Position numbers and translations under genes: made by a program. This document shows positions 31,889 through 41,613 of a stretch of 64,000 nt of DNA, piece by piece (within the stretch, counting starts at the first letter, position 1; every line of letters starts with the position of its first letter). The DNA is from Escherichia phage ES17: the sequence record NC_070984.1; one strand, 5' to 3'. A model generated the notes under the pieces. It made no database searches. It was not told the origin of the DNA and saw only the letters and a program-made list of their open reading frames with translations.

Positions 31889-32139
31889 TTCACAACCTTA
31901 AATTTGAATGTTGTTGGGTGATAATAATGCAACCTATTGATAGTGTGCTTTGTTTCGAGATATATCCTGCAAGAGTGGCACATGACATGGGTCAGACCAG
32001 TTACAGGGTTAGGTTTGAAGTTGGCGACAGGCTTCTCTTTCTTACAGAAGCTACAGACTTTCTTTTCCATCTTTTCTCCAGTGGTCAACGAATTGCTGAA
32101 ACACCTTATGGTCGAATGTGAAACCACGAGCAATCCCAC
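31885..32139 (-). CDS. Zinc-finger mini-protein
   Basis: CSFCKKEKP ... CHSCRIY; true start probably internal Met (about 32070). Confidence 0.35.
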   Translation of the reverse strand: MGLLVVSHSTIRCFSNSLTTGEKMEKKVCSFCKKEKPVANFKPNPVTGLTHVMCHSCRIYLETKHTINRLHYYHPTTFKFKVVK

Positions 32140-32300
32140 ACTCTACGAAAGTAGAAGGCATATAGTCTACATCATCTTTAGATGTATGACCATAAACTTG
32201 AATAAGCTTTTTAATCTTATCCTTCTCTCTTCGAGGAAGCATCCTAAATGCCTCCTGAATATCTGTAATATGTTTGATTTTCATCAGAAAGCCTCTGATA

Positions 32301-32957
32301 TTAACTCTCCAAAGTTTTCTTCAGAGCTGCCCATGAGATTGGGTAGAGCTTAGCCATCTCTTCATCTACGGATTTAGCAAACACTCGAACTTCATATTGA
32401 GCGTGAGATGAGAGTCGCTGACGACACAACTCAAACCAGCCATACAAAGAACCAGTCCACACCCACTCAGTGATCATCCCCTGAGGAAGAACAAATCGAG
32501 CTTGCTCTGGTGCAATAAATTCAATCAACTTGTCATATGTTGCTAGAGAAGCTTCATATGCATCGTTAATTAACATTAATGCTTCAGCTCGCTCTCCGTC
32601 GATGAGTTGAATCCCTGAACCTGCATGGAGGTCCGAAGGTCTCGCAAAAATCTCTTTAGGGATGAAGACTTCAACTGCTCCATCTTTATACCGCCGGGAC
32701 ATTTCGTTCCACGAGAATCCAACCTGATGCTTGCCCAACTGTCTCGCAATTGCGATAGGTGCTTTGCATCGGAAACTGACTTGCGGGTGTCGGAATGGAG
32801 TACAGTGTTTTTCCCGTGCAAGGAAGTTGATAAGTTTTGTGTCTCTCTCATTTAAGTCACCTTCTCGAACAACACCGAAAGATACTCTAGCTGCATTGAC
32901 TACAGATTTGTCACTACCCATTGCTTCAATCAGTGTTGCTTGTAGTTGTTCGTTCAA
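32301..32957 (-). CDS. thyX: Flavin-dependent thymidylate synthase ThyX family, with altered RHR motif
   Basis: TPFRH..SFRCKAPIAIARQ ... SWNEMSRRY and EQARFVLPQG...AQYEVRV are ThyX-like; canonical RHR is KHQ here. Confidence 0.75.
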   Translation of the reverse strand: MNEQLQATLIEAMGSDKSVVNAARVSFGVVREGDLNERDTKLINFLAREKHCTPFRHPQVSFRCKAPIAIARQLGKHQVGFSWNEMSRRYKDGAVEVFIPKEIFARPSDLHAGSGIQLIDGERAEALMLINDAYEASLATYDKLIEFIAPEQARFVLPQGMITEWVWTGSLYGWFELCRQRLSSHAQYEVRVFAKSVDEEMAKLYPISWAALKKTLES

Positions 32958-33396
32958 TTAAAAGTTCCTTTTTTCGATTCATGTAAACTTGATGAGCTTC
33001 TTCGGCAGTTCCATACATACCTAGATGTATATCTACTTTATCAATACAAATAACAGCCCTATATCTAATAGTCCCTGATTTATATTTGACAACCTTAACA
33101 CCTTGAAGCCCTGTTTCCTTGTTTGATACCCTAGCCCCGAACTGGTTGTGGCAGTTTGTCGAGGTGTCCACCAATCTCAAGTTCTGTATTGAGTTGTTCT
33201 TCTTATTTCTATCGATATGGTCTATCTGAGAAGAAGGCCACTCTCCATAGTAAAAGAACCATGCCACTTTATGAGCTTTGTGTACTTTCCCTTTAAACCG
33301 CAGGGTTATGTACTTACTTCGAGTTCCTCCTAATTTCTTACCTTTTCGAAAGAACTCTCCAGTCTCAGGGATATACTCTAAATCATCGATTAACAT
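32926..33396 (-). CDS. HNH homing endonuclease with AP2-like DNA-binding domain
   Basis: QIDHIDRNKKNNSIQNL (HNH) plus YRAVICIDKVDIHLGMYGTAEEA (AP2-like). Confidence 0.75.
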   Translation of the reverse strand: MLIDDLEYIPETGEFFRKGKKLGGTRSKYITLRFKGKVHKAHKVAWFFYYGEWPSSQIDHIDRNKKNNSIQNLRLVDTSTNCHNQFGARVSNKETGLQGVKVVKYKSGTIRYRAVICIDKVDIHLGMYGTAEEAHQVYMNRKKELLIERTTTSNTD

Positions 33397-33661
33397 TCAG
33401 AGCTGTATCTAAAAATGCTTTCAGGTTTGCTTCAGTCTGCATACCAGAGAGGCTGTAGTGTGCACCACTGTTACGGTCAGGCACAACGAAAGCAGGGATA
33501 CTTCGTACACCATACTTAACAGCTTGTTCACGACCATCACCTTCAAGGATGTTAATCTCTTCCACTTCTACATCAAACTCCTTAACAACCTTCTCAAAGG
33601 TAGGAGCCATTGCTTTACATGGAGCACACTGATCACTATAAAACTTAATTACTTTAGGCAT
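33383..33661 (-). CDS. Thioredoxin-like protein
   Basis: 92 aa with SDQCAPCK redox motif in thioredoxin-fold position. Confidence 0.7.
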   Translation of the reverse strand: MPKVIKFYSDQCAPCKAMAPTFEKVVKEFDVEVEEINILEGDGREQAVKYGVRSIPAFVVPDRNSGAHYSLSGMQTEANLKAFLDTALNVNR

Positions 33662-33669
33662 GTAAATCC

Positions 33670-33849
33670 TTATGCAGTCAGGAGGTGAAGCAGGAATGGG
33701 ATAACAACAGCTACGATAACCATGATAGTTGATGCTGTTTGAATCTCACCTTTCTTATCAGGAGTTTCTTCAATAAGCTTACCAGAAGCCCAATAAATAC
33801 CACCACCAATAAAGATAGCCCAAATACCCCATACGATTGCTGATAACAT
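33670..33849 (-). CDS. Small two-TM membrane protein (59 aa), not in ORF track
   Basis: MLSAIVWGIWAIFIGGGIYWAS...MVIVAVVIPFLLHLL; RBS AAGGA. Confidence 0.35.
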   Translation of the reverse strand: MLSAIVWGIWAIFIGGGIYWASGKLIEETPDKKGEIQTASTIMVIVAVVIPFLLHLLTA

Positions 33850-33910
33850 ATATCTATATCCTTATAAATAAGTTCGCCCCACCTCGGGTTAGGAGACAGG
33901 GCGGAGGTTT

Positions 33911-34522
33911 TTAGTAAGACACGTCACCACTTGAATGGGACATGTTGCTCTTGACGAAGTAGCAATACTTGCCAAGACCTTCATTAATTTCTTGAAGCAT
34001 ACTCTGATCGACAGGGTAGGTGGCTAAATCACCATCAAACTCATCCATCTTCTCAATAATACACATCAAGGTCATGCACATATCAGAGAGCATACCGTCC
34101 ATGTCTAGATCAGCGTTACCCTCTGAGAACCAAGCATGAGAGAGGTAGTTAGCTGCTGTAGCATCCACTTTAACACAGTGGTAACGCATACGTTCAGCAA
34201 TACGATCTCCTACCTGTCGTGCGTAATCTTCCAGCTCATCAAACATACCATGAACACCCTGAAATCCTGCACCAGAGACGTTCCAGTGGTAGTTTTTAGC
34301 TTTGATATGCAAGAGTTCCATGTTAGCTTGTAAGCAGCTCAGGATGTGTTCTAGGCTGTTTGCACTAATCATGCCTTGCATTGTTTCAAGGCGAGAGATT
34401 GAAAGCTCAGACCGGTCTAACATACTATAACTGTCACGACCAATCTCAGGTAAATCAAAGACATTCTTATGCATTTGGGTTTTCTCCATCAAGTTCAACT
34501 GAATTAGCAACATTACGTGCAA
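33911..34522 (-). CDS. Dps / ferritin-like protein
   Basis: KNYHWNVSGAGFQGVHGMFDELEDYARQVGDRIAERM matches the Dps ferroxidase-site helix pattern. Confidence 0.65.
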   Translation of the reverse strand: MHVMLLIQLNLMEKTQMHKNVFDLPEIGRDSYSMLDRSELSISRLETMQGMISANSLEHILSCLQANMELLHIKAKNYHWNVSGAGFQGVHGMFDELEDYARQVGDRIAERMRYHCVKVDATAANYLSHAWFSEGNADLDMDGMLSDMCMTLMCIIEKMDEFDGDLATYPVDQSMLQEINEGLGKYCYFVKSNMSHSSGDVSY

Positions 34523-34796
34523 TATTATCCATTACCTGCTGGGTAATTACGATGCAGTTCTGTGGATCTACTGACTTAGAACGCCCCATTTCAGGGTCAT
34601 ACACCTTAACTCGCTTAGCAGTTGAACCTGTAACCTGAAGAACCTTCAACAGATATCCCTGATTACCGATAGACCAAGCAACAACATCACGATTCTTGAT
34701 AAAGCGACCAAGCATATCACGATGATAAAACTGTTGCATCACCTTGGATTTTGTAATCTCTTCAGTGGGCGGGGCCACTTTACTCAAATCTAACAT
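34467..34796 (-). CDS. Hypothetical protein
   Basis: 109 aa track ORF; near-match promoter motif AAATGTATA about 45 nt upstream. Confidence 0.35.
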   Translation of the reverse strand: MLDLSKVAPPTEEITKSKVMQQFYHRDMLGRFIKNRDVVAWSIGNQGYLLKVLQVTGSTAKRVKVYDPEMGRSKSVDPQNCIVITQQVMDNIARNVANSVELDGENPNA

Positions 34797-34868
34797 AACT
34801 CTCTCCTGTAAAATACAAATTCTTATTGTACTCTATATACATTTGAGAGTTACCATATCTACTACCAA

Positions 34869-35078
34869 TCAGTAGTAAATTACTTTAGACATAAAAGAAC
34901 CAGTGTTAGGGTCTTCATGCCAGCGATGTATGTCAGCGCTTTTTACTATTGTGCCCAGAGTCTTCAACTGTTTCTTAGCAATACGAGCCTCTTTGCGAGT
35001 GTCAAACAATTTGATGCTATCTTTTCTCATGTGTTGCTCAAGATCCCAAACAACATGAATAGCCCACATCTTTTTCAT
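34869..35078 (-). CDS. Hypothetical protein, tandem paralog
   Basis: 69 aa; shares length and ...ARxxKK...HxxxE...G...VxY pattern with next gene. Confidence 0.35.
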   Translation of the reverse strand: MKKMWAIHVVWDLEQHMRKDSIKLFDTRKEARIAKKQLKTLGTIVKSADIHRWHEDPNTGSFMSKVIYY

Positions 35079-35287
35079 TAGTAATGCACCTTTCCGCTGA
35101 TATAAACACGACCAGAAGAATACTCCTTGGCCTTATGAATACTGATGCTCTTAGTTAAGTCTACATTGAACATAGACTTTTTAAAATCTCGAGCTTGTTG
35201 GCGAGTGGGTAGTGCAGTCATAGTCATGCCACCTGATGCCCACTTAATCTTTGCTAACCAAAATTGTCTCATAGTGATTGGTCTCAT
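35078..35287 (-). CDS. Hypothetical protein, tandem paralog
   Basis: 69 aa; stop/start overlap with previous gene. Confidence 0.35.
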   Translation of the reverse strand: MRPITMRQFWLAKIKWASGGMTMTALPTRQQARDFKKSMFNVDLTKSISIHKAKEYSSGRVYISGKVHY

Positions 35288-35328
35288 TTTACTAAACTCT
35301 TTAAATATTATTACTATGGATTATAACA

Positions 35329-35550
35329 TTAGGTCTCGATAAGGCGACTAGTATCATAACCGACATACGGAGATATTAGATTATTCTCAGGAGCAGTCCC
35401 TCGACAAGCAATAACAATATCATATTTCCCAGAGCCGTGAACTTCGTGGAAGATTTCAACTGCCTTATCTTTTTCAGTGGAGAATTGTATCGGATACACT
35501 TCACCTCTTTTGTAGGGGACTATAACATAAAGATCTACTGTTTTATGCAT
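35329..35550 (-). CDS. Hypothetical protein
   Basis: 73 aa track ORF. Confidence 0.3.
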   Translation of the reverse strand: MHKTVDLYVIVPYKRGEVYPIQFSTEKDKAVEIFHEVHGSGKYDIVIACRGTAPENNLISPYVGYDTSRLIET

Positions 35551-35754
35551 ACCTCACTGCTCCATTTCACTATCGTTTGACCAAACTAGGCTGTGATGTT
35601 TGAATTCACCTTTCAGCTCCTTAGTATGATTACTGTCAAGTTGGGTTTGTTTAACAATCAACCCCACATCAAATTCTGATACAGACTTCTCTCCTTCTTC
35701 TAAGTTGTTGTTATAAACACTTCACAGAAGCTCGGTCATTTTTTCATTAGTCAT

Positions 35755-36264
35755 CTATCTTTCATCCACATTAAAGGATAGGTGAAGCCTACTTCTCATA
35801 GACTTCGCTAGGAGTTTTGCCTCTTCAAGAGTTTTCACTCCATATACAGACTCACGTTTACCATCTTTTTGAATAGATACACAGAATGTCCCGCCCTTCT
35901 CTTGGTAGACATTCTTAACTCCTAGTTTGTTATCAACCCTTGTCTTAGCATTCTGACTGTTCTCAGAGTGATAGCACTTTCTCAGGTTAGTTTCTTCTAG
36001 GTTTTCTCTGTTACCATCGGCATGATCTATTTGATATTCATCCGATAAATCCTCACCAGTATAAAGAACAAAAAGAATCCTATGATTGTGGACATGAACT
36101 CCTCCTAAGGGAATTTGATAATATCCATCTTTTGTGAGCTTGCCAGCAGGTTTACCTACTATATCATTAGCAAACTTACTAGGCTTCCTTTTCCAAGAAA
36201 GCCCTGAAGGTGATGACATGTCTATGTTAAAGAGATCAACTACTTCATCATAGCATATCAGCAT
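35755..36264 (-). CDS. HNH homing endonuclease with AP2-like domain
   Basis: YQIDHADGNRENLEETNL HNH motif; start placed at internal Met to avoid 128-nt overlap with dcd. Confidence 0.7.
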   Translation of the reverse strand: MLICYDEVVDLFNIDMSSPSGLSWKRKPSKFANDIVGKPAGKLTKDGYYQIPLGGVHVHNHRILFVLYTGEDLSDEYQIDHADGNRENLEETNLRKCYHSENSQNAKTRVDNKLGVKNVYQEKGGTFCVSIQKDGKRESVYGVKTLEEAKLLAKSMRSRLHLSFNVDER

Positions 36265-36802
36265 GATTTGTTCCACCAAAAGCTTTTGTTGGCCCTTGTT
36301 GGTTATTATATGAACCTTTCGTTGCGTAGCTGTCCTCTTCGGATGAAGAGTGTTTAAAGAATTCCATTTGACCAATACGCATTCCCGGTTTGATCAGCAG
36401 AGAGTGATGCTGTAGAACATTCTTGAATTCCATAGTTAACTGGCTACCATGCCAACCGCCGTCAGCATGACCAGCGTGCATGTGCTCTAAGAAACAACGA
36501 CCAACAGTGGACCGTAGCATGAAATCGCAGCTAATATTATCTGGCAGATTGAATGTCTCCATTGTATGAGCCAAGAAACACTCACCCGGTTTGATCACTA
36601 ACCCTTCCTCTGGAATCATAACCTCATTGAAGTTAGGAGATTCTTTAGCAGAGATATCAACAACCCCGTTAGCTGCACCTTCCATTAGAACGCGATCTCC
36701 AATACGAACATCAATGCTGGAGGAATTAACAGCTGAGTGTGGTGCATCAATAACACCATCATCAATTAATTTATGTAACTCTGGACTTCCTAGTAAACTC
36801 AT
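36248..36802 (-). CDS. dcd: dCTP deaminase (dUTPase superfamily)
   Basis: 184 aa; SSIDVRIGD ... GHADGGWHGSQLTMEF ... GMRIGQMEF matches Dcd pattern. Confidence 0.7.
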   Translation of the reverse strand: MSLLGSPELHKLIDDGVIDAPHSAVNSSSIDVRIGDRVLMEGAANGVVDISAKESPNFNEVMIPEEGLVIKPGECFLAHTMETFNLPDNISCDFMLRSTVGRCFLEHMHAGHADGGWHGSQLTMEFKNVLQHHSLLIKPGMRIGQMEFFKHSSSEEDSYATKGSYNNQQGPTKAFGGTNHADML

Positions 36803-36811
36803 TCTTATTCC

Positions 36812-38182
36812 TTAGTTATTTGTTTCCATGTCAAAAGAGATTCCACGACCCGCTTCATCGGCAAACCGAACTGTACGGGTTTGAGGTTCTAATACTTCAG
36901 GGTTGTTAGCAATAAAGCGATCAGCGAGACTATCTCCCAAATCTTGTTCCATACCTTCATCAGTCCAGATAACACGAGAAGGGGCGTTGATATCACCAAC
37001 AGCGAAACCCTGACCAGAGAACTGACGTGCGCTAACAGTTAAGCCGTTTGGTCGACCACGAGAGGGTCTAGCCATCCATCGCTCCATAGAATCACTTGTA
37101 ATACCAAGAGCTTCTTCAAAAGATGTTCTACGAGTAGGGCTTTCTCTTCGTGACTCTTGTGCTCGACGCATTGCAGGGGCTACAAACACCCCTTCAATTG
37201 CATTGTGTCGGTTAGGTTCCTCTTCTCGACCAAGCAGATCACCACCCGTGTTAGTCGTTAAATTTGTCAACCCCTCAGACCAATACGCATGAATCTGACC
37301 AGAACCGTGAAGACTAGACATAATCTGAATCTCTTCATAAGGGATTCCAAAGAATCGACTCATGTCTCGGTTAACACAATATAGAGCACTTGTTGTATCT
37401 TCAATAAGAGAAACCTGACCTAATCCATTGACTAGATGACTAACTGGCTGAGGTGTGGGAAGATATCGAGTTTGGGCCATGTATTGATGCGCAACTGCTG
37501 GAGAGGAAAATCTCAACACTTGTGAGTTAGGCCACTTCTTGTGAACATACCTGATTTCACGACTAGAGACAACCACTGGACAAGGGGAAGTCATAGCCAA
37601 ATATCCGTGAGAAGTCATGAATAAGTTGTCAAGAGTCATCGCACCACGGCACATCATAGGAAAATTATCCAATACCTCTTCAATAGAAGTAGGATAATTA
37701 AACATGAATTGGATACGAACCCCATTCCACTGAAACTCAATAATATCAGTGAATGTTAATTGAGAACCCCCAGCATAGGATTCGTTTGTAGCTTCAGCAA
37801 GAAGTGATGCATATTCAATATCTTGTGACTCTAGCCATTCCTTCACATTACTTTCAATCTCCCGTCCAAGCTCTTGCCAACGATCAGTTGGGATGAAAGT
37901 GTTTTGAGTTCTTGGTGTTTGTCCTCTGACAATAAAGATATCAATGTCATGTGGAGCTATGTTATTAAGGACAGCATCACGAACAGCCCCACCAGTAATG
38001 ATGGGACAGATACCATCTGGAATCAAGTTGTTGTTAATCAACTGTTCAATGAAGTGACGACCAACAGTGATATCAGGTTGTTGAGCAACCTTATCTTCAA
38101 TTTGGTTAATCGGGATAACAATCATTTTACATTTTCCAATATAATGAAGGTGGGTCGTAAGGGTCAAATCCCGTGAGTTCAC
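36812..38182 (-). CDS. Class II nucleotidyltransferase (CCA-adding / poly(A) polymerase head-domain family)
   Basis: [23 protein letters not shown] = GGxVRD ... DxD motif; start likely internal near 38125. Confidence 0.55.
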   Translation of the reverse strand: MNSRDLTLTTHLHYIGKCKMIVIPINQIEDKVAQQPDITVGRHFIEQLINNNLIPDGICPIITGGAVRDAVLNNIAPHDIDIFIVRGQTPRTQNTFIPTDRWQELGREIESNVKEWLESQDIEYASLLAEATNESYAGGSQLTFTDIIEFQWNGVRIQFMFNYPTSIEEVLDNFPMMCRGAMTLDNLFMTSHGYLAMTSPCPVVVSSREIRYVHKKWPNSQVLRFSSPAVAHQYMAQTRYLPTPQPVSHLVNGLGQVSLIEDTTSALYCVNRDMSRFFGIPYEEIQIMSSLHGSGQIHAYWSEGLTNLTTNTGGDLLGREEEPNRHNAIEGVFVAPAMRRAQESRRESPTRRTSFEEALGITSDSMERWMARPSRGRPNGLTVSARQFSGQGFAVGDINAPSRVIWTDEGMEQDLGDSLADRFIANNPEVLEPQTRTVRFADEAGRGISFDMETNN

Positions 38183-38684
38183 ACAAGAAAAGATAAACCT
38201 TAACAGTTAAGTTAACGTCCTGTTCACAATAAGTAAACATATCTTCAGTGAAAGCATCCCATGCTTCCTCTTGCTCACCATAATCGCCCTTAAGTTCTCC
38301 TAAGAACTCACCCCACTGCTTCAAACCATGACCCCTTGGGCCACGTCTAGGGTCGCCTTTCGGATACTCAGGACTGTCACCAATACGGTCAGGTTTAAGA
38401 TATCGACTAAGACATAAAGTGTCGAAGACGTTAAAACGATAGTTAATCAGATTGGGATACATCTTCTTCAGAGCACAAAGGTCGAAGTCAATAATATTGT
38501 GACCCACCAGTACATCTGCTTCTGTAAGTTTACGAATCCCATCTTCAATTTGGTGAGGCCGATAGCCCCACCTTTCACCAGTTTCAACATCGAAGATATA
38601 AATACACCATACTTTAGTTATGTCATCGTACAGTGCATTACTCTCGATATCGAATGCAAACACTTTCTTCTTTTTCTTTACCAC
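38127..38684 (-). CDS. 3'-5' exonuclease domain protein, T7 gp5 N-terminal homolog
   Basis: [37 protein letters not shown] parallel T7 DNAP exo motifs SDIEANAL / HNGHKYD / DTLVLSRL / YNVQDVVVT. Confidence 0.8.
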   Translation of the reverse strand: MVKKKKKVFAFDIESNALYDDITKVWCIYIFDVETGERWGYRPHQIEDGIRKLTEADVLVGHNIIDFDLCALKKMYPNLINYRFNVFDTLCLSRYLKPDRIGDSPEYPKGDPRRGPRGHGLKQWGEFLGELKGDYGEQEEAWDAFTEDMFTYCEQDVNLTVKVYLFLCELTGFDPYDPPSLYWKM

Positions 38685-40468
38685 GGTGAAGCTCCATCTG
38701 CTTGGTTGACGAGAGAAGCTGCATCCTCTCCGTTAGTTAAAACGAATGGATTATCTTCATCAACTTCAAAGTCTTCCCTTTCTACAAGTCTCCCGGTTTC
38801 ACTGATATACTTAGTATAGCAGACACCTGTCTGACCGTAGTTACGTTCTTTCAGTAATCGAATGACTGAGAGGTTCTTAGCTAAGCCATCAGCTTGCTTG
38901 TCACGCTCAAAGCCAATGATACACTGACACCAACGCATAAGAGAACGAGAGCCAGTGAACTGCACTTCACGTACCTGTCCACCTTCTTCATGAGGAGCAC
39001 CACCTGCCGGAGCATTAAGGTGAGATAGCACGAAAGCGGTAAAGTCTAATTCTTTGCACATACCAGCAAGCTCGGAAGCAATCTTACTGATTTCAGTGTT
39101 AATCTCTGAAGGTGTTAAATGGGACACCAGAGCGGTAATGTTATCAAGGATGATGAACTTACACTGGTTTTCAACTACCCAGAAACGGATACACTGTTTA
39201 ATGTCTTCCCATTCATTCTGTCCGAAGTTGTCATACAAGAAGAATTTGTCTGCATAACGAAGTGCTTCATTACGCAAATCCTCCTCATCATATTCAACAT
39301 CAGGTCGGTGGAAAGGAATTGATGCCGACTTACCAGCAATGTTCTTAACAGACATGCCTACCTTCTCTTCCAAGAAGAAGCCACCTCCATTAAAACCATG
39401 TTCTAAGCACAGATGAGCAACCAGCTCATGAGCAATGAGTGTTTTACCACTCCCTACTCCACCACCAATTGCTACCACCTCTCCCCATCGAATACCGAAG
39501 GTCATCTCATTCAGAGTCTTCCACGGATATGGGATACCCCACTCCGCTTTCTTCAGAGCATCATCAAGGCAATCAAAGATTGTTACAGCACCAGCAGGAG
39601 ATTCCCGCTTTGCTGAGTACTTGAGAATGTTGAATAACTCTTGACCACGACCAGACAGAAGCATGTCATTCGCATCCTTAATCTCTTTCTCCACACCGTT
39701 GTATGGGAAAGTTCCTTTAGGAATACGAGCAAACTTAACATGAGGGAATAAAGAACGACCTTTTGTTAAAGCTATCTCACCTGCATCATCGTTGTCCATG
39801 CAGAGCACAACCTCCTCAAAACCATTTACGAAGTCTCGATTACGAGACAACACAGAAGAGATTGAACCTGCACCGAACGGTAAAGAAACACATGCTGGTT
39901 TGATGTTTGTTGCATTTGTAAAAGCTGTAAGGACATGGAAACCTGACATACAGGATAGCGGGTCTTCAAAAATGAACAGCTTCTTGTTGTACACATCTCC
40001 ACGTTGAGCTTGTGCCATACCAAACAAATCTGCTTCTTTCACACTGCCGACGTAATAGAACTTCTTACTATCTAGCAGCTTAACCTCATAACCAACGATG
40101 TTTCCATCACGTTCACGAGGAAAGAAGTAGCTGTCTGGTGTCTGACCATCAGTTTGACTGAGACCAATACGACACTCAAACCGCTCTGATACAGCTTTAG
40201 GGATTAAACGGCGAGTGAGTTCACCCTGAGGAAGCTCTAAGCAATCATCTAAGACTTCTCTCAACTCTTCAGGGGATAACTCTTTCTTCTCGTTTGGAGT
40301 AGGTGTAGTGCCCTTTTCGAACACTTCGTAATTCCCACAACGGTTACAACTTCCCCACTCCTCACCAGTCTCTTCGTTACGGAAGAGAATCATGTGGTTG
40401 TGGGTTTTATCACGACCATGAGAGATACATTCCTTACAACCTGTGTCTCCCAAAATGATCTTTGACAT
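38678..40468 (-). CDS. Primase-helicase (T7 gp4-like)
   Basis: N-terminal zinc ribbon CKECISHG...CNRCG, TOPRIM region, helicase Walker [10 protein letters not shown]. Confidence 0.85.
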   Translation of the reverse strand: MSKIILGDTGCKECISHGRDKTHNHMILFRNEETGEEWGSCNRCGNYEVFEKGTTPTPNEKKELSPEELREVLDDCLELPQGELTRRLIPKAVSERFECRIGLSQTDGQTPDSYFFPRERDGNIVGYEVKLLDSKKFYYVGSVKEADLFGMAQAQRGDVYNKKLFIFEDPLSCMSGFHVLTAFTNATNIKPACVSLPFGAGSISSVLSRNRDFVNGFEEVVLCMDNDDAGEIALTKGRSLFPHVKFARIPKGTFPYNGVEKEIKDANDMLLSGRGQELFNILKYSAKRESPAGAVTIFDCLDDALKKAEWGIPYPWKTLNEMTFGIRWGEVVAIGGGVGSGKTLIAHELVAHLCLEHGFNGGGFFLEEKVGMSVKNIAGKSASIPFHRPDVEYDEEDLRNEALRYADKFFLYDNFGQNEWEDIKQCIRFWVVENQCKFIILDNITALVSHLTPSEINTEISKIASELAGMCKELDFTAFVLSHLNAPAGGAPHEEGGQVREVQFTGSRSLMRWCQCIIGFERDKQADGLAKNLSVIRLLKERNYGQTGVCYTKYISETGRLVEREDFEVDEDNPFVLTNGEDAASLVNQADGASPW

Positions 40469-40494
40469 GCTCTTCCTCCTTGGAATCCTTGAGC

Positions 40495-40698
40495 TTAGTA
40501 GAACGAACGAATTTCATCCCACACTTGTTCCTGTTCTTTCCTATAAAAAGAAAGTTGGGTCTTGAACATCTCCACTGATGATTCAAAGTTTTTGGTTTGT
40601 GCAGCTTCAACGAAACGTTCATGTCGGTTGATTTTGCACCGTAGCATTAAATACTTGGCTTCAAGTCTCCGAAGAGCCTGCCTTTTCTCAAGATTCAC
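40495..40698 (-). CDS. Hypothetical protein
   Basis: 67 aa track ORF. Confidence 0.3.
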   Translation of the reverse strand: MNLEKRQALRRLEAKYLMLRCKINRHERFVEAAQTKNFESSVEMFKTQLSFYRKEQEQVWDEIRSFY

Positions 40699-41107
40699 TT
40701 TTCAGATACTCTGACCAGTCGCCAGATTCAACCAGAATATCTTGTTCTTCGTCGATATGATAAATCCAAGCGATAACAGTTTCACCTGAGTCCATCTTAA
40801 CAGCAATCTGAGTACGCTGATAGAAGCTGTCTTCAGGGCTACGTTTGTTGTAACCTTCCAGACGGTCATACGGACCTTCCAGACCTGCTTTGTCAGTAGC
40901 AAACACTTCTACACGAACAGGCTTATTGTTATTGCTGTGTGCGAGAGAGATGCTCGGGAAGTAGGAACCACCGTAACGGAACAGATCGAAGTTGTCTTCA
41001 GTCCAACCTTCACCAATTGACTTAGCACCAGCTCGGTCATTAACTAAATAGTTAGCTTGACCACGACGAAGAGAACCATAAGTTGCTACGTAAATTACTT
41101 CTGACAT
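40688..41107 (-). CDS. Gamma-glutamyl cyclotransferase-like (AIG2/GGCT fold) protein
   Basis: YVATYGSLRRGQANY N-terminal signature plus ...YDRLEGY...YQRTQIAV...VIAWIYH. Confidence 0.65.
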   Translation of the reverse strand: MSEVIYVATYGSLRRGQANYLVNDRAGAKSIGEGWTEDNFDLFRYGGSYFPSISLAHSNNNKPVRVEVFATDKAGLEGPYDRLEGYNKRSPEDSFYQRTQIAVKMDSGETVIAWIYHIDEEQDILVESGDWSEYLKSES

Positions 41108-41176
41108 TATCTATACCTTTGTTGGTTTGTTTAGTTTATCCGAACTAGCCTCATCTTTCGAAGAGGCTAAAGCAGA

Positions 41177-41362
41177 TTACTCTGTAATAAAGATTTTGAT
41201 TACACCGCAGATTGCTGCACTTTCAAACACTGCAACAGCTTCACTTCCTTGAAAGAAGGCCACTTTGCCATCAGAGAAGTTAAACATGTCAGCATCGAGG
41301 TCCATTGCTCGCATCTCACCAGCTGCATTGGTATCTTTAAACAGAACTTTATACTTATTCAC
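41177..41362 (-). CDS. Hypothetical protein
   Basis: 61 aa track ORF. Confidence 0.3.
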   Translation of the reverse strand: MNKYKVLFKDTNAAGEMRAMDLDADMFNFSDGKVAFFQGSEAVAVFESAAICGVIKIFITE

Positions 41363-41607
41363 AGATATGTTACTCCCTTGTCTTGTTGTGCTTCAGTGAT
41401 GATACGCTCTACACATTCCATAGAGTACTTATCACCACGTTTTAGGAAAGTTACAATTGCAGAGAATTGATTACCAATCATTCGCTGATTAGTAATACCC
41501 AACTCCTCACACAATTTACGCAACTCTTTACGAGAGCCTACAATAAGAGGCTCTTTTTGTTCCATCATTCCATTTTGTACTAGATCTTCCAATGAAAACA
41601 TATCCAT
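41359..41607 (-). CDS. Hypothetical protein
   Basis: 82 aa track ORF. Confidence 0.3.
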   Translation of the reverse strand: MDMFSLEDLVQNGMMEQKEPLIVGSRKELRKLCEELGITNQRMIGNQFSAIVTFLKRGDKYSMECVERIITEAQQDKGVTYL

Positions 41608-41613
41608 ATATCC

